Shown: positions 28,317 to 32,000 of the stretch, piece by piece | How the letters are laid out: every line of letters begins with the position of its first letter | Numbering within the stretch: the first letter of the stretch is position 1 | Source: Candidatus Electronema halotolerans | Lineage (GTDB): Bacteria > Desulfobacterota > Desulfobulbia > Desulfobulbales > Desulfobulbaceae | Reading direction: 5' to 3' | DNA: 32,000 nucleotides | Assembly (NCBI GenBank): GCA_942493095.1 | Contig: OW818675.1 | Location: 570,001 to 602,000 of the forward strand | The notes under the pieces: generated by a model | What the model saw: the letters and a program-made list of their open reading frames with translations, nothing else | What the model was told of the DNA's origin: nothing | Database searches by the model: none | Made by a program: the position numbers and the translations under genes

Positions 28317-28894
28317 TGCGCACAACCTTTCTTTATCTTTCCAGAAGCATCAAAAAGAACATCTAAATGTTTTCTGTAAGAAAACTCAGCTAAATAGATA
28401 ACAATCAGTGAGATTATTCCAACCAATAAAAAAATAATTCCTTTCATTATGCTTGGGTTAGTTGCACGCAAAAAAGGAACTAAACTATAACCCATTAAGA
28501 TGATAGACATTGCCATGCTTGACCAGTACAAGACAAAATCTTCAAGATTAAACAAATATCTACCTCCACCATGCGAATTACTGCACAATTCACCAACATA
28601 TTTTTCATAGGGGTCGTTGCTGTAATTTAAAAAACATGCAACGACTAATATACGAATATTATTATGATAACAAAGCAAGTCAACGTAAGCGCAAACAAAA
28701 GGGATAATACAAAGAATATAGTCTGGCTCCATTGCCCATCCAGTAGTATTGCCATTAAAACCTAATCCAATTGCACCCAATGAAGCTATTGCTATTAGCT
28801 TATATTTCAAGAAATCCATTCTTGCTTTTTGAGACTCTACAATTTCTTCCCGCAAGGATGTAATCTCATCATTTATATTTATCTCTTGAGACAT
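28295..28894 (-). CDS. Uncharacterised multi-TM membrane protein with N-terminal coiled coil
   Basis: INDEITSLREEIVESQKARMDFLKYKLIAIASLGAIGLGF...YILCIIPFVCAYVDLLCYHNNIRILVVACFLN...SSMAMSIILMGYSLVPFLRATNPSIMKGIIFLLVGIISLIVIYLAEF; overlaps the next gene by 22 bp. Confidence 0.65.
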   Translation of the reverse strand: MSQEININDEITSLREEIVESQKARMDFLKYKLIAIASLGAIGLGFNGNTTGWAMEPDYILCIIPFVCAYVDLLCYHNNIRILVVACFLNYSNDPYEKYVGELCSNSHGGGRYLFNLEDFVLYWSSMAMSIILMGYSLVPFLRATNPSIMKGIIFLLVGIISLIVIYLAEFSYRKHLDVLFDASGKIKKGCAQCRSTTA

Positions 28895-28936
28895 ATCTCT
28901 ACCTCATCCTTTTGCATGTCTTTTGTATTTCTTCAA

Positions 28937-29446
28937 TTAGTTAAGTTTCCCTTTCGCAATACTCTTTACAGCTTCCTTCATATCACTGGGTGTACCACGA
29001 AGAACATCACCAACTTTCCCGGTTAATTCACCCAATATCGCACTTGCTATCCCCATAGAATTATTTTTTAGTTCTTCATCGCTAACGGTACCATCTTTAT
29101 ACAATTCACATATTGATATTACTATTAATCCGCTTACGGTATGAAGAAGTACAGTTGCAGCGCAATTTGCAACTACCCCAATCCCAGGAATATATCCAAT
29201 AACTACATTGGCTATACTAGCTCCAGCCGCAGCACCAGGTATTACGCCAATAAATGTTGACATCCCGGAAAGTGACCTGTACCCATAAACATCAACTATC
29301 TCTTCACACATATTAATAGTAACACCTGTTAATAACGCTCCTGACAAAATAGGCCCTGCGAATGGTATTGCAGTAGTCAACGCCATTGGAACTGCAATTG
29401 CTATAGCATCTGTAACCTTGCCCCAAGCTGAGTCAAATGTCGACAT
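28937..29446 (-). CDS. Glycine-rich membrane protein of unknown function
   Basis: MSTFDSAWGKVTDAIAIAVPMALTTAIPFAGPILSGALLTGVTINMCEEIVDVYG...GVIPGAAAGASIANVVIGYIPGIGVVANCAATVLLHTVSGL. Confidence 0.65.
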   Translation of the reverse strand: MSTFDSAWGKVTDAIAIAVPMALTTAIPFAGPILSGALLTGVTINMCEEIVDVYGYRSLSGMSTFIGVIPGAAAGASIANVVIGYIPGIGVVANCAATVLLHTVSGLIVISICELYKDGTVSDEELKNNSMGIASAILGELTGKVGDVLRGTPSDMKEAVKSIAKGKLN

Positions 29447-29510
29447 GATCAACTCCATTCATCATATTGATTAAATAGAACAAACTTATAGATACAGATA
29501 CGCTAATAAT

Positions 29511-29963
29511 CTACTCACCACCCCCGCTCTCCTTCTTCTCCTTCTTATGCCCGGGCTTGAAGGCCCCCATGAAATCAAGAAGGAACTGCCCTTCCTCGGC
29601 AATCTCAGGATACGCCTCGGCAAAGTCGCGGATGCGGCGGGCCGTGTCGTACATGGCCTCGATGCACCTGTCGGTGGCCTGAAGCCGCTGATGATAGACG
29701 GACAGATGCAGCTTGTCCAGCAGATGCTCGGCAGGCTCAAGGCGGAGGACTTCAGCCAAGCCCTGCTCCAGTCCGGCGAGAACAGCGGCATCAAGCCTGA
29801 GCGTCTCTCCGTGCTTCTGGACAAAGCGGGCAGCATCGTCAGCCACGGCCTGATAGCCGGGCAGGGATTTGTGCAGGGACTGGATATCGTTCGCATCCAG
29901 TGGGGGCAGGATTTCCACGTTCAACAGCTCGGCGACCTTTTCGAGATCAGTCTTTTCCGGCAT
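29511..29963 (-). CDS. Hypothetical helical protein
   Basis: 150 aa, MPEKTDLEKVAELLNVEILPPLDANDIQSLHKSLPGYQAVADDAARF; begins downstream of a purine-rich AAAGGAGG sequence. Confidence 0.65.
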   Translation of the reverse strand: MPEKTDLEKVAELLNVEILPPLDANDIQSLHKSLPGYQAVADDAARFVQKHGETLRLDAAVLAGLEQGLAEVLRLEPAEHLLDKLHLSVYHQRLQATDRCIEAMYDTARRIRDFAEAYPEIAEEGQFLLDFMGAFKPGHKKEKKESGGGE

Positions 29964-30119
29964 GGCGGGCCTCCTTTGAGGGAATTTGATGAGGATAGCG
30001 CAAATTAGCGCGGCAAAAGCACGCTGTCAAGAAAAAAATATGCGGTGCGCGGCAGCGAAGCAAAATCTTCGCTCTGCGATCAAAGAGGAGAATTGGATGA
30101 GGAAATAGAAAAAATATAC

Positions 30120-30188
30120 CTGCTCATAGGAAAAGCCTATGAGGAAACAGACGCGGCCTATTTGCTCATCCCTTTTTCCTATGAGCAG
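30120..30188. repeat. Perfect 15-nt inverted repeat with a 39-nt spacer
   Basis: CTGCTCATAGGAAAA (30120-30134) and TTTTCCTATGAGCAG (30174-30188) between the hypothetical gene and the third toxin gene. Confidence 0.75.
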
Positions 30189-30212
30189 ATAGGCGGAGAC
30201 TGTGAAGAGAGG

Positions 30213-30605
30213 TCAGCCGCTGATCAGCAGTTCGTCCAGTTCGCTGTACGCTGAAAACCAGCCGTCAAGGCTGATCAGTTTGCTTTTGCTGACAATCGCT
30301 GTGGCGATGATGAATCTGTCCGCAGGGTCTTTATGATGATACGGAAGCTGGCCCGCAAGCTGCGCTGCCGCCGCGCTGACCGGGAGGACCTGCACATCGG
30401 AGCCGCGCAAAGCCTCCTTCAGCCATTGGTCAATTGGCAGGGGCAGCTCAATCCGGCGGAACCGCTCCAGCAGGACAACCTCCCAGCAGGAAATGGCGGA
30501 GACGGCCAAGGCATCGGCAGTTTCAATCAAATCAATGAGATTCTGCGGCAGCGGATCATCCGGCAGCAGCCAGCGCAGCCAGATGTGGGTATCCATCAGG
30601 ATCAT
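30213..30605 (-). CDS. PIN-domain toxin, VapC-like
   Basis: MILMDTHIWLRWLLPDDPLPQNLIDLIETADALAVSAISCWEVVLLERFRRIELPL...YHHKDPADRFIIATAIVSKSKLISLDGWF. Confidence 0.9.
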   Translation of the reverse strand: MILMDTHIWLRWLLPDDPLPQNLIDLIETADALAVSAISCWEVVLLERFRRIELPLPIDQWLKEALRGSDVQVLPVSAAAAQLAGQLPYHHKDPADRFIIATAIVSKSKLISLDGWFSAYSELDELLISG

Positions 30606-30829
30606 CGCAGAATGTCCCAGTCTTCCGGCGGAGCGGCGGGCGACACGATATCGCCGAGAATCTTTCCTTTGCCGCTGATTGCGAAGGAGGGCTTGCGCCG
30701 TTTCTTCGCTTTCTTCCTGTCCTCCGGCAGCAGAAAAATTGCTTCCATACGAATGTTCGGCGGCAGCTGCGGTTGATGCAGCAGCCTGCCGTGCTGATCG
30801 GTCTCAAGAATGATTCGTTTAGTCTGCAT
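30602..30829 (-). CDS. Putative cognate antitoxin
   Basis: 75 aa, MQTKRIILETDQHGRLLHQPQLPPNIRMEAIFLLPEDRKKAKKRRKPS...PEDWDILR; ATGA-type overlap with the toxin. Confidence 0.72.
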   Translation of the reverse strand: MQTKRIILETDQHGRLLHQPQLPPNIRMEAIFLLPEDRKKAKKRRKPSFAISGKGKILGDIVSPAAPPEDWDILR

Positions 30830-30924
30830 GATGCCTCCTGTCAGTTTACGCTGATGAGCGTATCTTGCCGCGTTTATTCTGTCAAGCGGAACAAGGATTG
30901 GGAAAAGCCGGAGCCTATAAACAG

Positions 30925-30954
30925 AAAAGCCCCTCCCGTTTTCCCGGAAGGGGC
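30925..30954 (-). terminator. Rho-independent terminator of nifJ
   Basis: Minus-strand RNA GCCCCUUCC-GGGAAAAC-GGGAGGGGC-UUUU, 9-bp stem with one G-U, just downstream of the nifJ stop at 30979. Confidence 0.8.
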
Positions 30955-30978
30955 CTGCTTGACGGAATCAGTCAGGAC

Positions 30979-32000
<1,022 letters not shown>

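Overview
The window is mostly bacterial housekeeping sequence (GC-rich, high coding density, SD-type ribosome sites), interrupted by two AT-richer accessory blocks. Housekeeping genes recognised: a split NAD(P) transhydrogenase (pntAA 3' end, pntAB, pntB), a hybrid PAS histidine kinase, acs, rsgA, adk, hom, a GGDEF protein, a feoA / Cys-rich small protein / feoB cluster, panB, rsmH, and the 3' part of a pyruvate:ferredoxin oxidoreductase gene (nifJ/por) running off the right edge. Accessory block 1 (about 10.6-14.7 kb, upstream of rsgA) has a YhdJ-like adenine methyltransferase gene overlapping a putative PD-(D/E)xK-type restriction endonuclease gene. It also has an uncharacterised protein, a broken secreted-protein gene, and a 2-TM protein that resembles the TRADD-N-associated membrane domain of predicted conflict systems. 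Accessory block 2 (about 23.4-31.0 kb) contains a small inverted-repeat element, an 873-bp fragment of nifJ duplicating the real nifJ 7.46 kb away, three VapBC/FitAB-like toxin-antitoxin pairs, a frameshifted IS481-like transposase, a GH15/phosphorylase-kinase-like protein, and several unknown membrane or helical proteins. No CRISPR array, tRNA, rRNA or reverse transcriptase was found. I cannot claim a demonstrated novel system. The best leads are the R-M/TM-protein block with its switch-like hairpins, and the toxin-antitoxin-rich island bounded by the partial nifJ duplication.
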